This document shows positions 10,689 through 23,551 of a DNA stretch of 64,000 nucleotides, piece by piece. The notes beneath the pieces were generated by a model that had not been told where the DNA came from, did not search any database, and saw only the letters and a list, made by a program, of their open reading frames with translations. The translations under genes and the position numbers were made by a program. Each line of letters starts with the position of its first letter. Positions within the stretch are counted from its first letter, which is position 1. The DNA comes from Aplysia californica (taxonomy: Eukaryota): NCBI RefSeq assembly GCF_000002075.1, contig NW_004797435.1, forward strand, positions 1,158,852 through 1,222,851, read 5' to 3'.

Positions 10689-13600
10689 CTATGAGTCTTC
10701 CTGTTGCACATCAGTTGTCAGATTGCTCTGCAAAACCTCTGTATCACCAGCTTCCCCCTCACGACTAGTGATAAAGAATTTGGAGTCCAAATTTTCAGCT
10801 TGTGATCCCTCTTCCTTCTCGTCGTCATCACCATCGTCATCATCCTGTGGACTTTCTCTCCCAGACGGGCTTTCCCTCTCAGCATCATTAGGGCGGGCAG
10901 GGTCTTTGGCTGGTTTAGTAGGAGGAGGTACATTCTCTGCATACACTTTGGCAATGAACTCATCAGACCCAGCATCATCAACAAGCTTCTGTGTCTCTTC
11001 TGAAATGGGACCGGCTCTTTCACTTGCATCCTCTAAGCTTTCCAAGTAATGGACTGTGTTCTGTATAGGACGAGAGAAGAAATGGATGCTGGGTGTTTAC
11101 ACATATTGACTCTATCACACACATGACTTTTACCTATCTTTCTTGGTATACTGACAACGTAGAACACAGAAAATTAAATAAAAAAGTCAACAACATTACA
11201 AGCTGTAAATTCAAGGGATTAAAAAAGGAGGAATTATGAAAAGTCTCAAATTTCCTTTGTATTAATAAAATCTGCAGGACTTTTTAAAAACCATGTTTAA
11301 AGAAACTGCAATGTATAAAATCAAAGAATAAAAAGGAAAAAATCAGGGATTAGAGATCCTTTCCTATTAACGAAAATTTCCTGTTAAACAAAGTATAGTG
11401 AATATATCCCAGGAAAACTGCTTATACCGATGAAAAGCCTATCAGTTACTCCACAAATGCTGGCATTCATCATACTTCCCTGTTTTTCTGAAACAAAAAT
11501 AAAAGCTTTTTAAGCAGTCTCTTATCAATAATAATAATAATAATAATAACACACACAAACTATGTCTGTGAGAGTAATTTACCTCAATGTCTACAAGATA
11601 AGTTTCCGTCTGTGCACTCATTTGTCGTAGCTTCTCCCTCATCTTCTGGATACGTTTCTGTGGATGACCATAATGTTTGTTTGAGTGGAGAAAAACATAT
11701 CAAAACAAATGGAAGACATTTTGGAAAGACAAAAAGTGTGACCTACCAACTTTCAACTGGAAAATTTTGATCCAAACCTGACAATAACCCCATAAAAACT
11801 TAGGGTTCCCAAAAACTTAAAACTTCAAATTAATGAATATTCTCTTTAAAAATCTTGAGCATATCAGAAAACGTTAACAAATATCAATCAACAATTAAAA
11901 AATTACTTTAAAAATATTCACCCATATCTGACAACAATCTAAAAGAACTTCATTACTAATATAAATTGTCCCTAAAATTATGTTAATCCATGTCTAACAA
12001 CAATCACAAAATAACTACAAGTTGTAATGAAATAGTCACTTAAACAAATATATCAATTTATATATAGGGCTGAAGGACACACAGTTGCTGAGTCAGTGCA
12101 CCCTTGAGGACGAGGCTGGAACTTTCATTGAGTTAATATCCAGTCATTGTGTCATTGAATATAAAAACAGAAACATCAACCAGAAAAAAATGCAATTTGG
12201 TACTGTCTGTAAATGAGCTACGCATCAGGAGGTAAGACATTAAATAGTCATGAGTACAGCAGTGGGTAGCTTCTATCTGCACACAAAGGCAGGCTCTCTG
12301 CCTGTTACTTTATTCTTCCAAAAGGAATTTTTTTAAATAGTAGAAGGTTTTACGGCGCTCGCAACTGCATAAGGTCATATGAGTGCCAAGGGGTGAGTGT
12401 CAACAGAGAAATCTTTACAGGGAATCAGACTTATTCTGCTCACCTCTCTAGCTTCAACAGCACAAGGTCTGCTTTGACTATCAAGGCACCCGGGAAATAG
12501 CAGGTCATAAGAGAATGACAAACATACAAAAGAACTTGAGGAAAATGACAATAGTAAGGATTAAGAAAGAAAAAGCAGCAGTTCCCTGTTGTAGATCACG
12601 CACAGTTATGAGCGTGACATAAATCAGCCCATTTACAATTCTACTGTGCTTGAACGAGAAATGTCCCCCCCCTTGGGAATGGCCTAAAGACACTACAGTC
12701 AGTGGCACTGCTCCGGGGGGTTTCAAAAGGAAAAGGAATAATAACAAAAATATATAACAAACCATGTCAGAACATTAATTAATATTATTTAGTATTCTGA
12801 AACAAGTAGCGAAGATGACACGCCACTAATAATTTAAATGGTTAAGTTCTGAGAAAGAGTCCACTTCCTCATGCTAGAACAAAAGAAGAAAGAATATATT
12901 TATTTTGCAGTATAAGCAACACACACACACACACACCTTATCTCCACGGTCTGAAATTAAAAAGCTCCTGCTATGCTATAATTATCTTCAAGAATCTTTT
13001 CTATATTCCTATGCCTATGTAGAACAATTTTTAAAAAGAAATAAAAGATAAGTAACAAAAATTATCACTTTTGCAAATGCTTGAGTAAAAATGACTAGCT
13101 TAAATCTGCCAAAAACTTTTAAAGTTGAAGGAGTTTTACCTTTGTGAATTTCTTTGTTGACTCCATCTTCTCTTTATCTTCTTCAGCAATCACAGTTTTT
13201 TCACCAGTCACTGCGGAAGGCAAAGTTCATTCAACTACCCTTCAGCTTCAACAAAATAAAACTCACTCATTCTGCTATCGTCCAGCAACAAAATGGACCT
13301 GAACATATCCAACTTTTATAGACAGCAAGTTCTTCATGTTGCTGTGCATTGTTAAATTCAATCCTAATTGATAAGCTCTACTCCTGCAAATTCAACTCGC
13401 ACACTCAGTTCTTATTGTCTGAGATAGTGGTAACTTGTGAAATTTAAGACACAAATTTTCCACTGAGAAAAACACAAAGCAGGTTTAAAAAGAGAGAAAG
13501 CTATCAGCAACTCAATGAAGTGTCAGTAAGGAACTGACAGCCAAACAACAGAAAACCATTAACTACAAGCCTGCCCAATGCAAGAGGCACTTAAAAGGAA

Positions 13601-16600
13601 ATTGCTACCTCAGAATTACCAGGTTTTATCTGACATTTTTGGCTGTTTTAAGCTACTAAGACTAAGACCATGAGGTCAGAAACCTAATGTTCTATCCCTA
13701 TCAAAATTGTAAGATTATTCTGAGTCGTTTTCAAGATATTCAAAGAGCTGCATTGAAAAAGCTTGACATGTGAAATTAAACATTGTTAACGTCACATTTC
13801 TTAAAATTAGGTACGGTATAGAACAGAGAGAACTTTGTAATCCTCAGGTAGCAAAATATTAACCCAACCCTAGGCAGGGAGACCTAAACCTCACAAGGGC
13901 CCGAAGGATCTGCAGCAAACAGCAGCATTTGCCTTACAGACTGAAAAGATGAATGAGAAGAAGAAAAGAAAGCAATACTATTAATAACAGACAAAAGTCA
14001 AGCTAAGGTTTTCAGAGCAACTATGGCTGCTAAAAAAGAAATTTTACATAATACTAACATTTGTTTGAGTTTGTGCTCTAAGAAAGAAAATTAACCACGT
14101 GACATTTCCAATCATATATCCAAACCAACAAAATACTACACAGCCACAAATTTCTTTTTAAAAAAATAAAAGAAACTTTCAGCTGAAACAAATGTACATA
14201 CCAGGATCAATCCCATTGAGGATGAGTTTTTCTTCTTGATCAGTTCTGGTGAAAAACAAAAACAAGTAGAAGCAAAATACTTAAAAGTATGCAACAGTAG
14301 AAAATATACTATTTTTGTGAAAATACTATTAAAAGTACTATTGAAAATGGAATCAGTTCATCAAATTACTGATGCAAAGACAGTTAACTTCTGTACTCCA
14401 CTTTATTCATGTGTAAGATGCAACTTTATTCAAGAAAATGAAAATCGTAATCAGATCTAGTGGAGGCAAAAATTAAGAGAGGTCTCATTACTTTTCCTTT
14501 CTCCTTCACTAAAACAAAGTCAGCCATTACATCAATAATTATGACAAGCTCATTTCTTTTCTTAATGCCCCCACTTGTTATTGAAATGTGATAAAAATTA
14601 TTTCAAGCTAAGACAACTAAGAGTAAGCAAATAAGGTTGTCTGTCAAAATGGTACCATAAAGACATGCAGAAATAGTAGTCCAAGGAATATAATATGTCT
14701 TCTTTAATTTCGCTCTCCTAGTAGCCTCATTTTTTAAACACCACGACAAACTAACTTATTCTCTACATATTTTCTTAGAAACCATTCAGTGTTTGCCAAA
14801 TCAGTGATACAACTATTGTCTTTTTACTCAACCATTTTGTAGGCCTACCAAAACACCCGAAGCAGCTGTGCTGGAATGACTTACAGTATTAAAAAAACCT
14901 GATTTTTATGACTTGATTATAGAAGTTTTCCATGCATATGTGAGGCATCATGGTGAAATCAGGCGCTCATCAAAACAATGAAATCAAAGAAATTGACTTT
15001 TTTCTGATGGTTTGGCATCAAATTTTTGTTTTTTGGTTCATCACTTTTTATGTCCTTTTGAAAATACATTTCTGTGTGGATTTTTACTAAAAATAATTGA
15101 TTAAATGCACAGAAAATGTAAATTTTCAATTTCCAAGTACTCTCAAGCTTTGGAAATCATCCAACTTTGATGGCCATTTTCTTGGTAATCTTACCTCTGA
15201 AACCAGGCGACCCTCATTTCCATCAATGCAAATATCTCGGCTTCCGCTCAAGATAGATGGGTCATTTTTTCATTCAAAGCAACATAAATGAACAAGCTTT
15301 AAGATGATGCCAATAACTCCACATGCCCAAAAATTGACCAGCGACTAATTCCACCACGTCGTGACACATATGCCTTTACACTTGGAGGCCAGCTTCAACT
15401 AGTAATTTGGTGGTCTTCTGCAGAATACCCACAAGTCAGAGCAACGTCTCTAGCACAGGGGTGGGTCAAACCTCTTTTGCCATTTTACAGTGTTTTTTTG
15501 CAGGTTTTAACCTAAAACGTCGTGTTTTACTATTGTATCCATACGAGGTGGGTAACTCTGTACCACCACTTTCCAAATAGGAAATTTACTTGTTAATCCG
15601 ATCAGTACGCCTTGCATAGTAGTCTGTCAAAATGATTTTTTAGAAATACTGAAAGTTTCAAAGAGATCTTCATACTAGAAGTATTCTAAAATGTGAAGAA
15701 TACCACGGCGATGATATGTCACGTGACGCGAATGCGCGATTGAAACAATTTTACTAACGGGTCCGACTAACTGCACGTTCACACAAAACACTCAGATGAG
15801 CGACAGTTGTTCTACTTCTAGGGTATCGACGGCGGCCGACGACAAAATGTACCAACAAATCTCTTATCCCGCATGTGTTCAGACTAAAGGAACGACAACG
15901 GCCGTATGTTAGTCTTGTCAGCGCAGTTACATGTAGTTGTGTAAGGGTTAGAAAGACTGTCACTCGTCCGAGTGTTTGATGTGAACGCGCAGTTACCAGA
16001 CCTCGGACAAGCCTTGTTTTGAAAGTAACAGCGGAGCTACGAATATTATCGATTATTAAATGTCCCAAATTGTAACAGTTATCAGGCTATCATCGGAGAA
16101 TTCTGGGTGCGGGAAAAGATCACACACAACTTGGGGCGAGTCAACTACTAAATGCGGCATCGATATTTCGGGAAATAGTGCTCCGAGTTCCTACTGACAA
16201 AAAGTTCGACGGGTGCTTCCCGCGATAAAGGAGAAGGCAGAGTAAGTTTTTAGAAAGATCCGGCCAACAGCAGACTGGGACAAAAAATCGGGATACACGC
16301 GATCGAAATCGGGAAAATAGGGAGGATTGAGATTTGGGGAAAAAAATCGGGATATCCCGACTAAATCGGGATGAGTGGCAGGTCTGTTTAAACTAATTTT
16401 GACAAACAATGAGGCGTTGGATGCACGAACACAAGCTCTTACATTCTTTCTTGCAAAGCTGAAGTCTTATTCTCTGCATCCTCTTGTGCTTCTGGGGAGG
16501 ACAAGAAATAAAAGAATGAAATCAACTGTAGATATATAACAGAGCATTAGCAGACATTTATGATACAATTAATGACACTGTGAAGGCAGCAGAGTAGGAC

Positions 16601-19600
16601 CCTATTTAAATCAATTCAAAGTTTTTCCTTCTTAAGTTCTCAATGTTCCACATGTGAGAGAAAAACACAACAAAAGCTGACTTTTTAAACTCAAAGGCAA
16701 CATTTCCAGGATTTGTGGTGCAACAGGCTCTTCATTGCAACCAACAAAGAAGGGAATTTGATTCTTGCCCTCAAGCACATTTGTGGTGTTTAGACACACA
16801 TGTTGCACAATAATTCCAATAAAAACGTGTTTTCTGTTGTGGCATTTGAAGTGATAATTATGAAATCCTAGTCAAAACAGAGGAAAATTTTCATGTCTGT
16901 TTATAAAACTTGTATTCTCTTATGACTAAAAAAAAACAAACAAAATTTGTGCCAGGGACAATGACTTTTCATCAGGTACAATAGGTGCACCTAGAACCTA
17001 AAGTCAAAATATTTTGTTTAAAAAAAAAATTAAAAAAAAAAAAAACCCAGTGCAAAGGCATTGAGTACAGCTGGCTTATTCCACCTTCATCTGTCTTTTG
17101 GGAAGCATACTGTTAGCAACTGTTGGTCTCCATAAAAATAACCTGTTAAAACAATAAAATCAGTACTGCATAATCTAAACTTCTCACAGTATGGTATTTG
17201 GCAACGAGAATCTGCTACCACATCCTATTGAACTAAGTTCCAATGGCACAATGCAAAAAAACAGTTCAGGTACTTTTATCTCACCTTGAAGTAGTTTCTC
17301 TCTCTGCTCCAGTAAATCGGTCATAGTTCCAAGCTGAGCCTGAAATCACAAGAAAAATTGTATTGCATCCATACACACAAAATAGTAGCCAAACTTTTTA
17401 GCTTTAGTAAGTGTTTTACGGCACTTGCAACACAATAAGGTCATTTAAGTGATGAAAATTAGTGTTACAAGAGAGTAACAAACACAAAAAAGGAAGGAGG
17501 AGAGATAAGGATGATAGATGTTTGATAGGAAAGAAGAAGCAAACCACAAAAGAGCATCCGCCAACCACCCACAGCCAAACTTTGCTCTGAAATGCAATCC
17601 AAGCAGTAGAAGAGTAAACTAATTTTTGTCTTTCTGTCATGTAAGAAATGGAGAAGCAAACAGATAATGTGATTGCTATCCTGCTGAGAGATGCAGTTTC
17701 AGTTCTAAAAACTCAAGACAACAGAAAGGAAGAAGACGAGCTTGATTATGATCATGTTCATTAAATTAAATTTTGAAATACACAACCACTTGGAAGTAAA
17801 TAATCCAAAAATTATAGATGCTGGATGATACTGGATCAAATAAAATAATGGGAAACATGCTGATCAGAACACATGAAGTTTAAAGATGTTTATATTTTTG
17901 TGAGAGTGAGATAAGTTTATTAGACTTAATTATGTAGAACAGAATTATCTGCAATAGAGCTCCCAGCATTAGAACCCAGTCCGCCTTAGAACCAGCTTTA
18001 CACTATACCGGCAACAGAATTTTTTCTTTAAGATTTTGGTACAGGACAGCACATCCACGCACCCTTGTTCCACTTGTTTCAAATGGCTCTGCTGGTATTA
18101 AAACGCAACAAGCTTCTCAATACACACAACCACGATTCCCAATGCAATGCTGTAACTGATGACACACAGCGAATTTAATGAAAGAAAAGGCAATGGGTGG
18201 AAAAAGTGGTTGGGTTGGCAGGAGAGTGGGGGATAGTGTTGATTACAGGCTGACAAAATCTACGTCTTGCATACACACACTGATAGAGAATGATTATGAA
18301 AGTGTTCACAAGAGCTTTACTGAGCTTGTACAATCGTCAAGAGTTTTTAAAAATAGATTTAGTGACTTGATCTTCAAATTGTTAAAGTGTTATATTTTGT
18401 AATAAAGCTAGCTCATTTACTGGCCATTTTTACCATTCACCTAGGCAGTATTGCAACTAGTTCTGTTTTAAAATTTCAATTTATGTTGTCAGATCAATAT
18501 ATAACACTTCAGTGTCAAGGATTTTCCCAATGAAGCGTGAAGTCACTGGTACTCAGTTGCATCTCAAACAATGCTCACAAATATGTGCACATACCATAAA
18601 AATACTGTTTAAAAAAAAAAAAATAAAAAAAAACCCCAACCAAAACAAACCTCTCTAACTTTCTTTGAGTGTCAGTACTGCCTGTGTCATATTTCATTAC
18701 ATCAATTAAAAAAAAAAAAAGACATCATGTAACCGACAGGAGCTTAGTACTGCCTCTTGAAATCTACGGAGCAACGAACTCCAGCAAACAAATCGCCTTT
18801 TTTCCTCCATATGACTGCTTCTCAGGCAGAGACCACTATGGTCAAGATCTGTAATAACTGACGTAAAAGCTTACCTCTGCTTCGTGTAATTGACGTTCCA
18901 TCTCTTCTTTACGTTTCAGATAATCAGCCTTAGACTGGCCTCTTAATTTTTGGCTAACACTTTCAATCTTTTCATCTGCATAAGTTTCAGAGCTGTCAAA
19001 AAGAGAAAAATTGATAAATTATCAAACTAACGGCAAATCATTCGAAGGTAGGGCCTATATCCCTAAAAACATTCGTTGAGGAAAATATAGTTTCGAAAGA
19101 GAACAAGAATACAAAAGACAACTGAAACAGTGAAAGTTCTCCATAAAATTTTCATATCATACGAAGTGAATAGCTCCAGAAACACATCCAAGGAAGAAAA
19201 ATTCTAGTCAAAACACTGAAGTGTAATTTACAAACATTGACAGATTTAAGAAAAACAGAAAGCAAAAACACTTCCAAATAAAGGGGCATGATTTCATTTA
19301 TTGGAGGACAACAACATTCTTCTGTTCAAGTTCAGTACTTCACTTTTCATGTTTCAAGTAGATACAATTTTAATTTTCTTCATTTTCACTCATCAAACTA
19401 TGAAACCTCAATTTTAGTGACAGCCAAGCAAAACAAGGACAGCCTCTGGCAGTATCTGCAGCCTCCAGCAAACTTTTAAAAAATAAGGTGCTAGTAGTAC
19501 ACACAGGAGCCTCATGATGGACAAAAAGGAGATTTGAAGAGGAAGGACTTCCGTAACGAGCGACCACCCCATCAAACACAATAAAGAAAAGGCCTAAACC

Positions 19601-21989
19601 TAACCCTAGATCTACCCCTACCCCTGAGTTCTGCTCTGTCTCATAGTGGTCGCTCGTTACGGAAGTCCTCCCTTTGAAGATTATCTCATCAAAAAGGGAG
19701 TGTATACAGACCCGGTAACCGGGAACAAAGTCACAAAGTATACAGACCCAGTAGGGGAACTCATTTGTGATTTTGGAAAGTTTCAGCGCCCTCTTGGCTC
19801 AGGGTAGACCTAGGTTCTTCTAGATCTATGGCCTAGGCTAGGTCTAGATCTAAACAGACAGACATAAATCATTGATCTAGTTTCGAGGCTAGCCTAGATC
19901 TAGATTTAAATGAAGATTGCGGATGTCTTTTCGATGAAAGAAAGATAGTTTTTCCTCCGTTTTGGAGTTGGAGGAATCACAATTTGAAGAAAAGAACAAA
20001 GTCATAATTTCTCTCGAGCAGTCATCCTCTCTATTTCTCTCTCTCTCTCCCTCCCTCTCTCTCTGTCACTCGCATTCTCTTTTTCTTTTTTTGTCTGTCT
20101 TTCTTTCTCCCCGCCTATTTCCCACTACAAAGGAATCCTGTTATAACGAGAGGGAGGGGACCAGTGCGAAATGTCTGTTATACCAGGATTCTCGTTATAA
20201 GGAATCCAGTAATAAATTGAATGGAAATAATGAAGTAGGCCTAATCTATCAGTTTGGTGTTCTGTTTATTTCTTTTTGTTATCTCCCCTGATGATGACAT
20301 TGTTCAACATGACCTCTAGGTCTTACTTGATCAAAAATCAAATCAGGTTTCTTTCTCAAGCGCAAGCGATGTTGACAGCACGGCGTTAGCAATCAGAAAG
20401 AATGCACTCTGGGCTAACTCGTCCTCTGTGTTGTCCCCCATCCCACCACACACCGTGGTGTGTTTCGTCTGCTTGCGCACGTTACTACACATTCACTCCA
20501 TCCATCACACCATTGTGACCTCTCCATCCTCGCATTGGAGAAGTGAGGGCATGGGTAGTGGTAGGCCTAGATAATCTAGACTAAGCTGGCCTATCACACG
20601 ATGCGTTCTGCTTTTCTGCGCTTACCACACCCTCCCGACTCATTCGCTCCGACCTTCATTGTTGGCAAACATGGGCTCTCCTATTCTTTGTTTCTCTCAA
20701 GGAGTTGATGTGAGATCTTAGGTTTCGCTAGATCACCTACAAGTTTCTCAACTGGCGAGGTTTATAATATGTATAACTGGCCTGTGCGCTGTGCACAGCA
20801 GCAGCAATATTCCGCTATAACCGACTCCCCGGGTTGTCCGATAGCGCAGCAGTATTTTATTTACAAAGATAAAGAAGGGAAAAAAATGGGGTTTTAGAAC
20901 AGTGTCATTATAACAGACTTCTCGTTGTTTCAGGACTCGTTATAAGTGGACTCCACTGTATATCTTTCTCTCGTTCCCTCCTGCCAACTGGGGCATGTCA
21001 TACATTTTGCTAGCACTTCCCCCTGCTCTCTCTCTCTCTCACACGCACACACACACACAAAAACTACCGGGTCTGGGCGCTGAAACTTTCCGAAATCACA
21101 AAAGAGTTCCCTTACCAGGTCTGTATACTTCGTGACTTTGTTCCCGGTTACCGGGTCTGTATACACTTCGCATAAAAAAACATTGACAAGATGTTCTCCA
21201 AATGAAAATTCAGGATCTGCTAAAGTTAAAGCAAGGTAAAATGTTTTGAGCAAAGGGTATTCTCCAAATTGGATTGTCAGAAAAGTGTGCCAAAAATTAT
21301 CATTGAATGATGGCTTTTTCTTTAAACTCTTGAGGCAACAACAACACCACCACTTGTTGAGCAAGCCAAGTGAAAGCTTTATTGTCAATATTGAGAAATT
21401 ATAGATCTAGAATCGGCGATTTTGTAGTTTCGTTCATTAAAGTCAAGAGTAGGGGGGTCTCAGGCCCCCCTGACCTAATAAAAATATATGGAGGGGGGGG
21501 GGGGGGGATCAGGGGGGCAGGCCCCCCTGAATTTTTATCCTAATTTGATGTTTTGCAGTTAGGTTGCATCCCTACTCTTTTTGTAGCCTATTTCAAATAG
21601 TAATAGTATTTGGTCATCAAGACTTCTGGATTTCTTCTCTGGATGTAAACAAATAATGGATCGTGGACTTTAATGAACGGAACTACAAGATCACCCTAGA
21701 ATCTAGTGTAACATATATACCTTTGATTCACTTCTGTAACTGGGGGTCTTTTTTGCATGGCTTTGGCAAGTGGGTGGTGGGATGACGGCTGGGGGACTGG
21801 ATTTGATCTCTGCTGTGTTTTCTTTTGCTTTTTCGACACATCCTTAGCAGGCTTTCCTACTGCAGCGTGGTTTCCAGTCTTCAAATGACTTTGAACTGGG
21901 TCTTGAACTTCAACTTCTTCTGTATCTTGGTGATGGGCATCTTCTTTAGGAACGGGTATACGGGATTTATTTTTATTATTGAAAGCCAT
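10689..21989 (-). CDS. 350-aa coiled-coil protein, SKAP/kinastrin (KNSTRN)-like, 8 coding exons
   Basis: Exons (minus): 21989-21721, 18992-18875, 17339-17285, 16491-16443, 14245-14202, 13210-13140, 11657-11583, 11060-10689. All introns are GT-AG with continuous phases; total 1053 nt. The protein starts MAFNNKNKSRIPVP (SxIP), then coiled coil ERQLHEAEAQLGTMTDLLEQREKLLQE..., LILNGIDPVTGEK, a second coiled coil and an acidic disordered tail. The gene model is high confidence; the family call is moderate. Confidence 0.85.
12346..12495 (-). mobile_element. SINE copy (family also at 48028-48128, 54969-55056, fragment at 17413-17450)
   Basis: GGTTTTACGGCGCTCGCAACTGCATAAGGTCATATGAG...CAGGGAATCAGACTTA recurs nearly identically at 54969 and in reverse complement at 48028. 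The tail is of the ATGACC...GCGCCGTAAAAC type. Confidence 0.75.
14938..15369 (+). mobile_element. Non-autonomous DNA transposon family 'ATGTG...CACAT', copy A
   Basis: Imperfect TIRs ATGTGAGGCATCATGGTGAAATCAG and CTAATTCCACCACGTCGTGACACAT. The body is shared with 34632-35044 and, inverted, with 25020-26396. Confidence 0.8.
15456..16386. mobile_element. CpG-rich intronic insertion, probable hAT-type non-autonomous element
   Basis: Begins CAGGGGTGGG and ends GAGTGGCAGGTCTG, with repeated AATCGGGA subterminal motifs at 16287-16371. CpG-rich relative to the flanking intron. The TIR match is imperfect. Confidence 0.4.
19541..19672. mobile_element. 132-bp Merlin-like MITE with 8-bp TSD
   Basis: TIR GGAAGGACTTCCGTAACGAGCGACCAC against GTGGTCGCTCGTTACGGAAGTCCTCCC. 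Perfect TSD TTTGAAGA at 19533-19540 and 19673-19680. GG termini. Confidence 0.8.
19696..21170. mobile_element. Mutator-like non-autonomous DNA transposon (~55-bp TIRs, 9-bp TSD)
   Basis: TIR GGGAGTGTATACAGACCCGGTAACCGGGAACAAAGTCACAAAGTATACAGACC is inverted at 21118-21170. TSD CATCAAAAA (19687-95) versus CATAAAAAA (21171-79). Confidence 0.8.
20128..20958. mobile_element. Tc1/mariner (pogo/Tigger-like) MITE nested in the Mutator-like element
   Basis: TA|CAAAGGAATCCTGTTATAACGAG ... CTCGTTATAAGTGGACTCCACTG|TA. TA TSD and repeated CTCGTTATAA subterminal motifs. Confidence 0.65.
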
Positions 21990-22667
21990 TATTAAGATCA
22001 GAATTAGATCTAGAACAACACTGATAGGCCTACTTGGCGATTTACATCATCATAGCCATACCATAGATCTAGAATTTTAGAAGAGTCATAGACTCACTAT
22101 GAAGAATCTACTCTATCACTCCCTTCTATCAAAACTAAAACGTCAAAACGTTGTTGTCGTTTTGAAAACTTCGATTCAACGAACCAATGGTCCTAATTAG
22201 ACCAAAATGGAATAGGTATTGGGTCTAGATCTAGACATAGACTCTGACTAGGCCTTGATCTATTCAAACTTTTGAAAAGTAGCTTTCTAAGCGACCCACA
22301 AACCACAAACTAAGATCCCCAGATCTACAAACAATCCGTTCAGTGTCCGCGCATTCTTGTTTACATCGGTTCATAAGCACAAATCTAGGAAATTCTATGA
22401 CATCTGTTCTGACATCCGAAATGCACCGCAATTAATTCATGAAATGTTTTTTTTTTTTCATTTAAAAAGTCATAGCTCATAGTAATGTAAAAAAGAGAAA
22501 AAGGGGGTTCTAACAAATGTGCTATACAATCAAGTCAGTTAGTTATTTTTTTTAGTTGTGAAAATACAATTTTGAAACCCAACATTAACTCTTTAGCAAA
22601 ATAGCGAAACAATCACCGGGATACGTACGATGCGGTACAATGAGATTTAGGCGTCCTAGGATTCAAG
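21990..22667. promoter_or_regulatory. Bidirectional promoter region between head-to-head genes
   Basis: Divergent ATGs at 21989 (-) and 22668 (+), 678 bp apart. The interval contains CpGs, CCAAT (22184), TTTGAA/TTCAAA (22161, 22263, 22271) and TTGTTTAC (22357). Confidence 0.65.
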
Positions 22668-23513
22668 ATGGATGATTGCGATCTTGAAAAATTAACTGTG
22701 AAACCGGGAAGCCTTTCTCCGGCATTCAAGAAAAATGTTCTGGAATACAACGTAACAGTTCCAAGTAGTGTTGAGAAGATAACTTTTGACCCGCGCACCA
22801 GTGACACCGGAGCTTCATATTCTATATCTGTACGTTGACGGAATGCAGGATCAAATAATAAATTATTGTTATATATAATAACTGTTTATATTAACGCAGT
22901 GGCAGTTCACGGGGCCCGGCTACGTTCACGACGCCGTGAATGCAGTTTGCAGGCGCTGTTCAGGCTTCGTTCACGGCACTTAAGTTTTGTTTAGACGGAG
23001 CGTCCACTGCTGGTTTAAGTAAGTCGGTTTTAGTCAGTGACATATAATTAATATTTTGGCCAGCTTCACAAGTATTACATCCCATGAGATGAAGGAAAAC
23101 GAAGTGCCCTTGCCTTACAGAATTAAAGTTGGGATGGAAAATTGGATACGGCAGATCAACATGGGAAACATGGAGGTGAAAGATGGGAAACAAGGTGGGA
23201 TTCAGAAGATGGGACTGGTCATAAAATGTGTACAATAATGACTGTATTGCAGCGGGTCAGCCTAGGAACCGACGCAGAGAGAAAATGACGGGAATCATTC
23301 ATTCTTATTATAATAACAAACAACCTCTCTCTCTCTCTCTCTCTCTTTCTGTCTGTCTTTCTCTCCTCTGTCTCTTTCCTTCTCTCTTTCTCCCCCCCTT
23401 CTCTCTCTATTTTTCTCTGTCTCTGTCTGTCTGTCTCTCCCTCCCTCTTTCTCTTCCCCCACCCCCTTCTCTCTCACCCCCCCCCCCACCTTCTCTCTTT
23501 CTCCCTCTCTCTC

Positions 23514-23551
<38 letters not shown>

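Noticed and set aside
10669-11049. Antisense ORFs over real exons (also 37295-37609, 44106-44513, 52921-53253)
   Set aside because: Shadows of coding exons on the opposite strand, with no independent evidence.
19593-19625. Telomere-like CCTAAACCTAACCCTAG tract
   Set aside because: Only two or three degenerate units, inside the 132-bp MITE; not an interstitial telomere.
20930-21388. 152-aa minus-strand ORF
   Set aside because: It runs through a transposon TIR and a (CA)/(CT) tract; a chance ORF.
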